Shown: positions 26,566 to 38,420 of the stretch, in pieces
How positions within the stretch are numbered: position 1 is the stretch's first letter
Layout of the letters: each line of letters starts with the position of its first letter
Origin: the human T2T-CHM13v2.0 reference genome, Homo sapiens
NCBI RefSeq assembly: GCF_009914755.1
Contig: NC_060930.1
Direction: 5' to 3' (one strand)
DNA length: 64,000 nt
Position numbers and translations under genes: made by a program
Notes under the pieces: generated by a model
What the model was told of the DNA's origin: nothing
Databases searched by the model: none
The model's input: only the letters and a program-made list of their open reading frames with translations

Positions 26566-28389
26566 GATGTTAAAGAATTATCTGAAGAATGAGATCACTT
26601 GGATTTGAAGGATGAACATATCTGAAGGGCAAGTGAGGAGGGGAAAAGAATATTAGAAGAGAGCATTCTGAAGGTCCAGATTTACAAGTTCACTCTTCTC
26701 TGCTAATCCTACACCTCTTTCTGCTCTTGTGAACTTCAGTAGTACCTGGGACACAGTAAGCATTCAACATACAGTCATTATTATTATGTAATTAAGTTTT
26801 TCTGGTTTATAGACTTCTCCATAAGCTTTATTAAATAATTTGCATATGTGTGTACCTTCAGCCCCCATCAATTTCATAAAAATGGAAACTGTCAAAGTAT
26901 TTTCTATTCTGACAGTTTCCCAAAGAGTGCTATGCAGGAAGATTCACTCTCCACCTGAAACATTCTGCATTTTAAGAAATACAAATTAGTGAGGACATAA
27001 GCAGCCAAGTGATGATTATCCCAGCACACTGTGAGTCTGAACCTTGCAGTTCCAAGGTCAGTGCATAGAGTCAATCGTATACATTTTGAGGATCCTGGGT
27101 TAGTGTTTAAATTAAGTCATATGCTGCCCACCCTCCTCAGTCCTAGAGTTATCTACACTAACTTTCTAGTGAGAATTTTGTCTCTTCCTGAAGTATAATC
27201 CCACCTCAAACCCAGCTTCGCATTGCTATCAATGGAAAGGCATTGCCATCCCATTTTAGAATATAGTTTTATCTGATTGCAATATGGTTTTATATGCAAC
27301 ATGTAAAAGGTATGGGCAGAAGAAATGCTATTTTGGAATGCATGCTTATCAACACATAACAAGTGTGCAATAAAAATTGCAAAGAGCTGTTTTTAACATA
27401 ATATGGCAAATCCCTGAGAGTATCTGGAAGAGTCAATAGTGCACGTGGTTTGGCAATCTGAGCAGCTGACTCTGCAACCTCACCTCCAAACATAAAGAGG
27501 GCTTCAGGTTATTTTTAAATATAAACTGATATCTGTATTCATTCAGATATCTGTATAATATATGAGGAACTATGGATTTATGGAGAGAAATTGGATGCAT
27601 CAAACTGAGAAAGGGAACGGTCAATGAACTGAAAGTTCACCAAAAAGATGGAATCAGCAAATGACCAACAAAGCCAAAGCAAGTTCCTTCTCGCTGCCAA
27701 GTCTGATGCTACCCATTTTTGATTGAGAGACTTCTCCCAAATTTTGATCCAATGTTCAAGGCTCAGTTCAAATCCCACTTGCTCTACAGGTCTATGATGA
27801 CCTGTTACTGCTGAAATCCTAGAGTATTTGTCTTTACTTCTCAGTTTGGAACATCACTATATATTCTTTTATGTTATTTGCTAAGATTTCACGTGCTTGG
27901 GTCTTATCTCCTCAGCCAGAATATGTTTCACAGGGTGAAACAGCTGTCAACCATCGTGAATTCCAGTGTCCCAGCATAGAGCAGGGCACTTCATGGAACC
28001 CCTGATAAATATCTTCCGATCTATTCAATAACATGCTACAGGACAGACCATTGCCAAACAGACAGAGGAAGAAAAGCAAGGGAAAAGGAGAGCAGGGTGC
28101 AGGGACTGTGCCCTCATGAAAGCAGCTAAGATTTCCTGAAATGACTCATAGAACAGGAATGCCAACACTGATGAGTAGAAGTGGCTACATGTCTTAGACA
28201 GTTGAACTCTGATATTCTCTTAGTATTAGCTGACTCCTGGATTACTTCCTCTAACAGTGTATAAGGGGCAAATTTTTTGTTAAGAAACTTCCATCCTAGG
28301 TGTTAAGAAAAAGTCCACATGAAAGGATTTCCCCCTCCAGAGCACTGTAAGAATTACTAATCAAATGAATCACCTGACCTATGGTCCCG

Positions 28390-28555
28390 GAATGTTAAAA
28401 CTGGAAGGAGTGTCACATATCATCTGATCTCTGTTCCAGAAACTGAGGCCCAAAGACATGAAATGACTTGTTCAAAGCAATGTAACTGGTTAGTAGCAGA
28501 GCTGTGTCTAGAACACAGGCTTCCTGGTTTCTAAGGCCCATGATCTTTCCATATC
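28390..28555 (-). mobile_element. MIR SINE fragment, antisense
   Basis: agaaactgaggcccaaagacatgaaatgacttgttcaaag...gttagtagcagagctg. Confidence 0.7.
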
Positions 28556-28639
28556 CATTTCATGAGAAGTAGCAGAATTCCACTGGCTTAGTTGGTGAAA
28601 CTGCCAATGACTAGTCTCTATTCCTCCTCATTTGATTTC

Positions 28640-29395
28640 CTCTTCTCATCAGACTGGACCTTCATCACTTAAACCATTCTCCCATCAAGGCTGGATTTCA
28701 GTTTCCTTGACTATGTGTCCTACTGCCCCTATACCAGAAGCCTTAAACACGGAGTGAATCCAATAATCTACTTTGTCCCTTCCTCCGCGGTATGCTAAAC
28801 ACAAATGGAAAAAATCATACAATCACAACAAAAATGTATGATTCTCATTTCCTGTGCCCTCAACAATGAACAGCATTCCTTTGACTTATTCTTGATCGGC
28901 ACCCTCTCCAGCCCCCTTAGTGACTACTTCAAACTCCAGCCCCCTCTTCAGCTCCACATTAGGGTTAGGGTCTCAATAATGAGAATGAGACTCATTCTTA
29001 TTAATGGCCACACCTGCTACTTCACAGTGGGAATAAGCACTTTCATCAGCCTTCCACCCAATCTACCAAGCTACATTCACCCCACTGAACTTTACTTACT
29101 TCTTCAGGACCTTGTTCTATCGACTCTCTCTTTCTGCTGTATAACCAACCTCCCTGTTTTTGCTTGCTTCTCTTCAGCACAAAAACGTGCCCAAATATAT
29201 CTTCAGCAAACTATTTCTTAACTCTGCGTTATCCCTATAGCTTTCACTCTATCCTTCTCTTCACAACTGTTCTTGATGACTTTACCTCCTTCCTTTCCAT
29301 TTCCCCCATCATAGCACGCAGTAAATTTGTGATTCTAGCCCTTACATTCTGAAACGGACTAGGAAAGGTCAACTATAACATCTTAAGGCACATAG
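28640..29395 (+). mobile_element. L2 LINE fragment; continues at about 30295-30470 after the L1 insertion
   Basis: Pyrimidine-rich L2 ORF2-like remnant (tgctaaacacaaatggaaaaaatcatacaa; cacctgctacttcacag; aaggtcaactataacatc). Confidence 0.55.
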
Positions 29396-29401
29396 CCATT
29401 T

Positions 29402-30290
29402 TTTGTATTTTTAATATTGTTACTGTAGTAAAATATATATACATAAAATTTACCAATTTGAACATTTTAAGTGTATAAGTCTGTGGCATTAAGTACTTTT
29501 TACAGTGTTGTACAACCATCACCACTCTCCATTTGCATGAACTTTTTCATCATCACAAACAGAAACTCTGTACCCATGATACAGTAACTTCCCAGTCCCC
29601 TTTCCCCTCAGCTTCTGGTAACTTCTATCTCCTTTCTGTCTCTGTAAATTCAACTACCCTATGTACCTCACATAAGTGGACTCACAATATTTGTCCTTCT
29701 TTTGTCTGGCTTATTTCACTTAGGATAATGTCTCCAAGATTCATCCATGTTAAGGAATGTGTCAAAATTTCCCTCATTTAACGCTGAGTAATATGCCATT
29801 GTATGTGTATACCACCTTTTGATTATACATTTATCTGTTGATAGACATTTGTGTTGTTTCTATCTTTCTGCTATTGTTATTGATGCTGCTATGAATATTG
29901 GTGCACAAGTATCAGACCGAGTTCTTGCTTTCAATTCTTTAGGGTATATGCCTAGATGTAAAATTGCTGGATCTTATGTTAATTTTATGTTTAACTTTTT
30001 AGGCACCACCTAATTGTTTTCCACAGTGGCTGTACTATTTCACATTCTGACCAGCAGTACAAACAAGTTCTAATTTCTGAACATCCTCATCAACATTATT
30101 TTCTATTTTTTGGATAATTACTATGCTAGTAGGTGGAAAGTATGGGGTTTTGATCTGCATCTCCCTAATGACTAGAGATGTTAAGTATCTTTTCATGTGC
30201 TTATTGGCCATTTAGATATTGTCTTTGAAAAAAATATCTATTCAAATCCTTTGCCTGTTTTTGAATTGGGTTGCTTGTGGCTTTTTCCTT
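29402..30290 (-). mobile_element. L1MB-like 3' fragment, antisense
   Basis: cataaaatttacca...acattttaagtgtataagtctgtggcattaagtac; aattgctggatcttatgttaattttatgtttaacttttt; tgcatctccctaatgactagagatg. Confidence 0.88.
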
Positions 30291-30477
30291 GCTGAAAATT
30301 GTTGTTTTTAGTTCTTACCTTATTTGATTACCTGTAGCATTTGCCCCATTCTGACCAGATAATCTCATCTTCTGAATCCATGACTCCACTCTCTCCCACT
30401 TCTTCTCTTCCTACTCTGATCTTTCCTGAGTAATATTCTTACTAACTCCTGAAACATTTAATCCCTTTCCACTCTAA

Positions 30478-30755
30478 CATTTATTGAGTACTTTGTAAAT
30501 GCCAGACACTATGCTAAGTGTTTTATGTGCATTCTCTTCCTTTACGTTTAAAACCACACATTAGACAGATAGGGTTATTTAAAAACCATTCAATATCTAT
30601 GATATTGAATAGATTTCATATCTATTTCATTCAATAGATATGAAAACTGATGCTCAAAGAAATAAAGTATTTTGCTTAAGTTTATTAGAGTAATTAGTGA
30701 TAGAGTTAGCATTTAAATACAGGAAACTGATTCCAGAGTTTATGTTCTTAAGACT
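30478..30755 (-). mobile_element. MIR SINE, antisense, carrying a 41-bp patch
   Basis: atttattgagtactttgtaaatgccagacactatgctaagtg ... gaaaactgatgctcaaagaaataaag ... aattagtgatagagttag. Confidence 0.7.
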
Positions 30756-30819
30756 ATCCTATCTACTTTAATGACATTAACAACTAAGTTAAGCTAATGC
30801 AGACTTGCATCAATAAGTT

Positions 30820-31250
30820 ATTTAATTGAATTATATAGTTGCAAGCAATGAAAACCAGCTTTGACAACTTAAGCTGAAAAGGAATTTGTGGTAAGGATAT
30901 GAGGTAACTCACATAATTGAAGGGGAAACTAAAGACTTGGGCTTAAAAACAGACCTAGATGGAGTTCAGCACCAAGCTTGTAGGAACCGAAAGAAGTCTC
31001 ATCAGGACCCAGCAACTTCAATAAATTGGCTGAAAATTATTTCAGCTCCTTGGTCAAACTGAAATTCCAGAAACTGAATATCATATTGGTCTCACTGGGA
31101 CATATCATAATCCCATGGGTAAGGGAGACAGAAGGAGCATATGTCAATTGCTAATCCAAATCTGGCTGTATTAAAGAGGGAAAGGCTTGTGTCTCAAAGG
31201 CAAAGGAAGAAACAGTGAATAAGTGGGTACAAAATGACAAGTCTACCATG
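30820..31250 (-). mobile_element. Ancient MLT1 (K/L/M-like) LTR remnant
   Basis: gttgcaagcaatgaaaaccagctttgacaacttaagctgaaaaggaatttgtgg. Confidence 0.5.
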
Positions 31251-31589
31251 CTCCCATCTTTAAATTTAGGCTAAATCTCTCCCAGCTCCAATGACTGAAC
31301 ATTTCTACTTAAAGTTCTTAGCACATTGATAACTACTTGCTCCTCTTTAATTGGGTAGAAGTCTATCTTACAGATATCTTTCCTGCTGCATTTCTTACTC
31401 TGAACTAAAAATACGTGTTAGTCTCTCTCCTTCATGAGATTGTGAGCTCCTCCACTGTATCCCTTAGCATTAAGCATGGTGCCATGTATGCAGCAGGGGC
31501 TCAGTAAATGTTTGCTGCCTGCTGAATGACCCAAAACTACAGAATTGAGGGGAACTCTCGAGTTACAAATTATATTACTGTAAAGTAAC

Positions 31590-32030
31590 ATACAGTCACA
31601 TAACAAGAGACTTGAACAAAAAGGACATTGAGGTTTTAATTGAAGCAGGTACAATATAAGCCAAGATATGTTTTATAAGCTGGTCAAAATGTGAATGTTA
31701 TCTTGGTTCTATTGATAAAATACGGTGTACACAAAAGAAAGGAGTAGGTCTATAGTACCTAACACTAAACAGACTACATCTTTAGTATTGTCACAATTTC
31801 TTATCACGACATTATAAAGAGATTGAAAAGTCTGAAATGTTTGAAAACTATATTAAATGAAACATGTTAACTGAACAGGGAAAGTTTGCAATAGGAAAGA
31901 AAAGAACTAAGAGGTTTGATCACCACAGTTATACAGGAGAACCATGCAAAACAGAAAGCAAGAGTTATTCTGTATGACTACAGATAAAAATCAAGATGAA
32001 TGGATAGAAGATAGATTCATCTTCTACTCT
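31590..32030 (+). mobile_element. CR1/L3 LINE fragment
   Basis: aaaaggacattgaggttttaattga...aatataagccaag...gaatgttatcttggttctattgat...cagactacatctttagtattgt follows the order of the CR1 RT 3' region. Confidence 0.6.
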
Positions 32031-32334
32031 GGAAATGACAAATCATTTGTCACACAACATGTCCAGATTCAGGGCTCAGAAGCTGTAGTCAATGTGATGT
32101 TTGAAGGTGTGAGTGAGTGAAGTTTAACAGGACTAGAGATGTCAGAAGGGTTTGTATATGTGTACGTGTGTGAAAGAGAATAGAACCTTAGTGCAAGTGT
32201 TACAAATTAATATTCTAGAATAGGAAATATACCTCTTTGACTAAAACTATTAGGAAACAACTACAAATTGGCACAAATACAAATGCAAAGGAAACCTCTG
32301 GTACAATTTAGCAAGTCAAGAAATAAGAACTATG

Positions 32335-32575
32335 ATGACTATAGTTAATAACAATGTATTACATTCTCTAAAATTGGTAAGAGAGTAAATTTTAAATGAT
32401 TATCTTTTAAGTGTAAATTTAGCTAATTAACATATGCATTACCTCACCACAAAAAATGAGGTGACGCATATGTTAATTAGCTAAGTTATTCACTCCACAA
32501 TATATACATATTTTAAAATGTGATGTTGTACATGATGAATCTACACAATTTTTATTTGACAATTTAAATAAATAC
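32335..32575 (+). mobile_element. L1MA-like 3' UTR fragment
   Basis: gactatagttaataacaatgtatt...aagagagtaaattttaaatg ... tgaggtgacgcatatgttaattagct ... acaatttttatttgacaattt. Confidence 0.8.
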
Positions 32576-33335
32576 ATATTCTAAAATAAATAATAACTAA
32601 ACAAATAACATTTGTGAATGTGCAGTAAACTGTCACTTTTCTCTATGAAAATAGTAAGTTCCCTAGGCTGTGAGTCTACAGAAATGAAATTTTGAAACTG
32701 TTGGTTTGGGTTTTTGAATAGAACAGTAAGTTTGAACAAAACAGAAGCACAATGATATGAATTCATAATGGGAGAAGTCAGCTGATATTCTACATTGTAT
32801 GTTTACCAAAGTGGGATGGAGCTTCTCTGGTTGAAGTTTCCAGTCAACAGACAAAAAGGGAACAATGGAGCCCGGTTTTCGGGAGGGCCACAGGGATAGA
32901 GCTAGGGCTGATCCAGATAGAGCAGAGTACACATTAAAAAGAATATAAGACCCAAACTTTGGGGGGGTGAATGATATTTGGGAATTCTGTGATCTCTAAA
33001 AACTAATTTTAGAGAAGAGGGTTCAGTTAGGTGGAGGCTGTTGAGATGGACAGTGCAGCAGAAGGCATTTTCATTTACTTTAAGCTCCCCTGATGCTGGA
33101 GAAGTGCTTGCAATGACTTCAGCAATTCTCCTCTTTTTCGTTCAGTGAGTGTGTCTGTTTAGTGCTGATTAAAGATGGGAGCCTGACAAACACTCATTTT
33201 TAGTGAATTATTGGTAAAGAACTGTTTACCTTGGGTTTACACTGCATCTCCAGCTCTTATATTTGACCAGTCTAGTAATGATAATTAAGCATTGATAGTT
33301 AGCTGAACATTCTTGAATCAAGACGACTGGGGTTT

Positions 33336-33372
33336 TTTGTTGTTGTTGTTGTTGTTGTTTGTTTGTTTTGGT
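33336..33372. repeat. (TTG)n/(TTTG)n microsatellite
   Basis: Read directly. Confidence 0.9.
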
Positions 33373-35089
33373 TGCTGTCAATCTCCTTCTCCTCCCTCAG
33401 CAGTTACAATTTGTATTCACCTGGGTCCCCATTAGTGAGTTATATTCCGCTAAGACTATAGAGACAACCTCTGCTCCACTGTCCATCTGAGTGCTGATCT
33501 GGCTAAGTCCTCATCTCTAACATTCATTTCTAGAGATCACAGAGCTGAGGCAGGAAAACTTAAAATGAATGAAAGTGCTCCAATTGACAATAAATGAAGA
33601 AGATGTGGGCTCAGAGTTAGAGAATTTCCTTGAATTGTTCTAAATTTATGCAGTTGGAAGGCTTTTAAAAGTGCCATCCTACTCAACCTTCTAAAAGTAT
33701 AATTTTTCTTTTTAATAGAAAATTCACATTTGATTGAAGAGATGGAACATAGCAATTTCAGTTTAATGTTTCCCAGAGAAGCTTGTCATTCACTGGATTA
33801 TATGCTTAATATTAAGTTCAAAACACAGATTTTAGATAATTTATTTTCAGTACAGAAGATGGATTTATATAACTCAAAGAACAAACTAATAATGACAACT
33901 TTTCCTTTGAAGCACACTTTAAGGTATTATTCAATAAACATTTATTGAACACTTTTGGTGTGCAACAGACTACCTTGAGAACTTAAAGAATATACAAATA
34001 TATTTATGATGTGGCTTCTTTCTTCAACATGCTTACAGCCCGATAAGAGAGATAAACACATAAATATCGTGGTTTTTACTGTAGCAAATGTCAAAGGAAA
34101 TATGAGAAAATACTATTAGAAATTTGGAGAAGGATGGCGATTTTTCTGAATGATAAGATGAGTGCTTGTGTGACTGCAGCTCGGCTGCCAATCAGGCTGT
34201 CATCCAGTGAGGATGACCTAGTGTCAGGTCTTCATCTATCCACTGCCATGTCCTACTTTAGGTAGTAGGCAGGTGTGGTCAACAAGGACATCTACTCTGG
34301 GTTCAATGCCTTTTACAGTTGTGTTACTATTGACAAGGAACCTATTTTGAACTTGATTTCCTTAAACAACTCAAATTTTATGTGATGCACCTTAAACAGA
34401 TAAGTACTGAGTGTTTTGGCATATTACATATGGAACTTATTTTCTCTAGTGTGATACAGTCTCATAAAAATATATACTACAATGCACATGACTTATATAT
34501 TGGTATTGGCTTATATTCTGCCATCTTCTAGAATTATCTAGTCAAACTGTGATAGGCTATACCAGGACATTCTGAAATTTTATCAAGTGGACAAGGGATA
34601 ATTATAGCCAACACTGAGAAAAAGGATGCTTAAAGAAATATTCAGTGACTGACCCTTGTGTCAAGTAAAACTTTAAGCAAGAAAACCTATGTGATAATGG
34701 TAGCTACCCATCTAGAGAATTGAGTATGTGTCAGAAATGCTTTTATTATTTTACAATGTAAAAACTTTTAAGACATAATTATTATCACGTTTCTATATGC
34801 GTAACACTTAGTTTAAACTCATGCTTTCATCTTCTTTGTCAAGAAGAACAATCTTGAGCTTGGAAAGATCAGAATAAGGATAAGATAAACCCAAAACCCA
34901 AGAACAATATAGAGATTCTAAGAGTGGCTCTAAAATAACTTAAGTCTCATGATCTGAACAAAATCACATGAATAATTTGGGGTGGGGGAAGAGTTCTCAG
35001 AAACAAATTTTTGAGGAGCCAGAAAAAACAGAGAATGGGCCATTGTGGTGTACATTTCCAAAGAGGAGAGACAAATTCCTCAAATCATA

Positions 35090-36655
35090 AACCAGAAGAT
35101 TTGATGTTCATTTTGGGCAAGATTCTTGACTGGATTATTAAAACCTTGCCTTTTAATACTTGAAAAGAAAGTAGGGATAATAAGAAATAAATCAACTGAG
35201 ATTAAACTAATTGTTGGTAGAGTTACTAAGTTGGCAGGAAATAATGATCTAAATATGGCATATCATGATTGCAGCAAGATGTTGGACAGAGTCTCTTAAA
35301 ATATTTCACTTTGTATTCAGGGCAGAGAATTATAAATTGGATAAGGGGAGTTAGTTGAGTTTAAAATGGGTTGAATAACTTTGATGAAGAAGTCAGTGTC
35401 AACCTAAAGGGATTTCCAAGAGCATCTTTCCTATCCTATGCAATGTTTCTACCTGTGGTTTGAGCAAGGTTTCTCAACTCTGAAAGTGCCAAAGCTGAGA
35501 CAGATAGCAAATACCCATGTGACAGAAACAGGACATAAAAGATCTCAAATGGCTTAAATAATGAGCCAAGTCAAACAAAAATTAAACATAAAAAAATAGG
35601 GCCTTTCACATGGGTTGAAAGAACTGGAGCATTATTACAAAAGAGAGGGAGAGAAATATTAGAGAATGGGGAACAAAAAACAGGGGATTTTAGTGAAAGG
35701 ATAGTGTATTAATTTTCTAGGGATGCCATAACAAAGTACCAAAAATTAGGTAGCTTAAAACAATGGAAATTTTATTATCTCACAGTTCTAAGGACCAGAG
35801 GTCCAAAATCAAGGTACTAGCAATGCTATGCTCTCTCTGGCAGCTGTCCCTTCCTTGCCTGTTCTAGCTTGTTTGCCAGCAATATTTATCGTCTCCCTGT
35901 GGGTTTACACCACCTTCCCTCTGTGCATGTCTGTCACTATGTTCTAATTTCCCCGTTTCATAAGAACTCCAGTCATATTGGATTAGGGCCCACCCTAATG
36001 ACCTCATTTTACTTGATCACCTCTGTAAAGACCCTGTTTCCAAATAAGGTCACATTCTGAGGTACTAGGGGTTAGAACTTCAACATATCTCTTTGGAAGG
36101 ACACAATTCAGCCCATAACAAACAGCTCGGTGTGAATTAACAGTAATCTGCCAATCATGAAAGCCATGACTGCATAGATCAGGAAGAAAGGGACAGTTCA
36201 GCCTCACTGGACAGAAAACACCCGGGGAATGGCAGTCAGTTCTGGGCCTTTGACAGACACATACAAGGGAAAGCAATCAGCACGAGGAGGGAACTTAAAA
36301 CCAAATGATTGAAGCCTGGTTTGGAGGAAACAGGAATGTTTAGCCTGAGGAAGAACAGTCATGGGGGAAATGAAAGCTGCCTTCAAATACACAATCAGCT
36401 GGCTGAAAGTAGAACAAGAGTTGTTTTTTATGGCTCTGAGGTCAGAATTATATTACTAAAAGAGATTGATTCAACTGGATGAAAAGAAGATTCTAAAAGG
36501 TAGTGTGTCCACAGGCAGTTGGGATTTCATGAGAAATACTGAATTCTCTATCTTTGGATGTCTTCAAGCAAAGGCTTAACACAGAGAGAGGAATCAAAGC
36601 ATTGGAAATTAGCTTGGATCATGAAGCTTCTGACCTTGATACTCAAGAATTCTAT
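35090..36655 (+). mobile_element. CR1/L3 LINE remnant interrupted by an MLT1 LTR
   Basis: Decayed CR1 RT phrasing (atatcatgattgcagcaagatgttggacagagtctct; ggaatgtttagcctgaggaagaa; gctgccttcaaatac; ctttggatgtcttcaagcaaaggct). Confidence 0.65.
35705..36120 (-). mobile_element. MLT1C-like solo LTR
   Basis: tgtattaattttctagggatgccataacaaagtacca ... ggattagggcccaccctaatgacctc ... ggacacaattcagcccataaca, with TG...CA ends. Confidence 0.9.
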
Positions 36656-37859
36656 AAAGAAGATTTTCATTTAAGTAAAGAATGTTAATGTCCAGACAAA
36701 ATAACACATGATATCTTATAAGGAAATGGAATGTGCTAACCAAAATTTGGAATTCTTTTTTATTAAAGACAATGTGGAGGAAAGAAAAATGAGAGGAATT
36801 GCATATTTTAACTCCACAAATAAAAAATAGATGGTTTAAGTAAACATAAAATATACTCAGTAAGAATATAGAAAAACCACAGAATCAAATAAAGGAAAGT
36901 GAAAGCCTTATCCAAGTCACAGGAATTTTAAAACAAAAGTAGAGTTTCAACTTTTATAGAAGAAATATGAGAGATGAAATCTAGAACAAGAAATAGAAAA
37001 TTCAATAAGTACCAACATTTTTCCCCCAATACCCAGGAGCATAGAGGAAACGGAAAACACAGATACTAATCTGGTAAAGTGAACTGACTGCTCTGAAAGA
37101 GGTTTGGAGAGAAGAAGAGATCCAACGAAGATGTCCAATAGAAGGAGGCCATATGGGCAGGGGAAAGGGCACCAGCTTTGAAATAGGTCAGGAGACCAGA
37201 TGGGCTTGGCTGGGCCACCAAACAACTGTACAAGGTTTTACAAAACACTTTTCTGCTTCTATTTGATCTGTTATTTAAAAAAAAAAAAAAACAGAGGTTA
37301 TTTTAACAGTTTTATCCAGATGCAAAATTGTGACACTGATGAATATCCATACATAGGGAATGAGGAAATACTTTGACAGTATAAAGGCATAGGGATGTTC
37401 AACTTTAAAAGACAACAAGCAAGAAAAAGCCAATGTAGCTGCTTAACAGGCTGAAACCAAAAGCAACTGATTAAAATACAATAATAGTTACTGTAAATGG
37501 GGATGTGCAAATATCTCTGCCAAATGTCATAAGCCAAATGTACATATACAAAGATTTTTTTACTTTCATGCAAAATAAAAAGGAAGTAACCAGCATATTA
37601 ATTATTACATGTAAAATGTTAGCTTTATATTATGAATGAAATTATGAGTACCATGTAAGCAGTTATTCAAGACTATTTCCATAAGCCCACTCACACTCAT
37701 GACATTGCTTCGTATGATCCAAGATGTAATATATCCCTAAGCTTGAGGCTACTTGCTTGGCTCCCAAGTCCAAATAATTTCACCTTCTAGGGAATGTGAT
37801 TTAGGATTAAGTTCTCAAGTACTTTTTTTTGCAATAGCAATTTCATTAAAATTCTCTAC

Positions 37860-38420
37860 CATATTCATTTCAATACACATTTAATGACTACTGTAAGTGG
37901 CAACAAATGATTTTAAAATCTAAAGGAAGATAAACTAGAATGTATTAATATTACAGAATAATATATACAATATGCCATGAAGATTTAACATACAGAAAAA
38001 CAATTCAAAGAGGCAGTAGTGACTGAGTGGGGTTTTAAAGGATAAGTAGGAGTTCATTCAACACACACACAAAAAAATGGAGAAACATTCCAAGGAGAAT
38101 CTTCACTGGCAGGAAAGCAAGAAATAAAATTGAAGATTTGATAAACTACAATGCATTAAATAGTTCTGAAATAAAGTACCAGGAGTAGAGAATAGCAAGA
38201 GGTGAAGCAAGAAAAAAACAATTAGCTCTCAAAGGGCCTTCTGGGCCATCTTGGGAGCAAAGGCTTTTTCTTATTGGTAATAAAAATGCACTGAGAGATT
38301 TTGAGCATTTAAGTAATAGGCTCAGCTTGGCATTTCAGGAAGATGATTCCAGCTGCCATGTGGAGGGAGGATGTGAGCTAGAGAAGAAGTGAGGAGTAGT
38401 GAGGGGAAAGAGGTGGGAAG
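37860..38420 (-). mobile_element. L2 fragments, antisense
   Basis: ttttaaaggataagtaggagttc; gggccttctgggccat; cactgagagattttgagca; ggaagatgattccagctgccatgtggagg. Confidence 0.55.
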
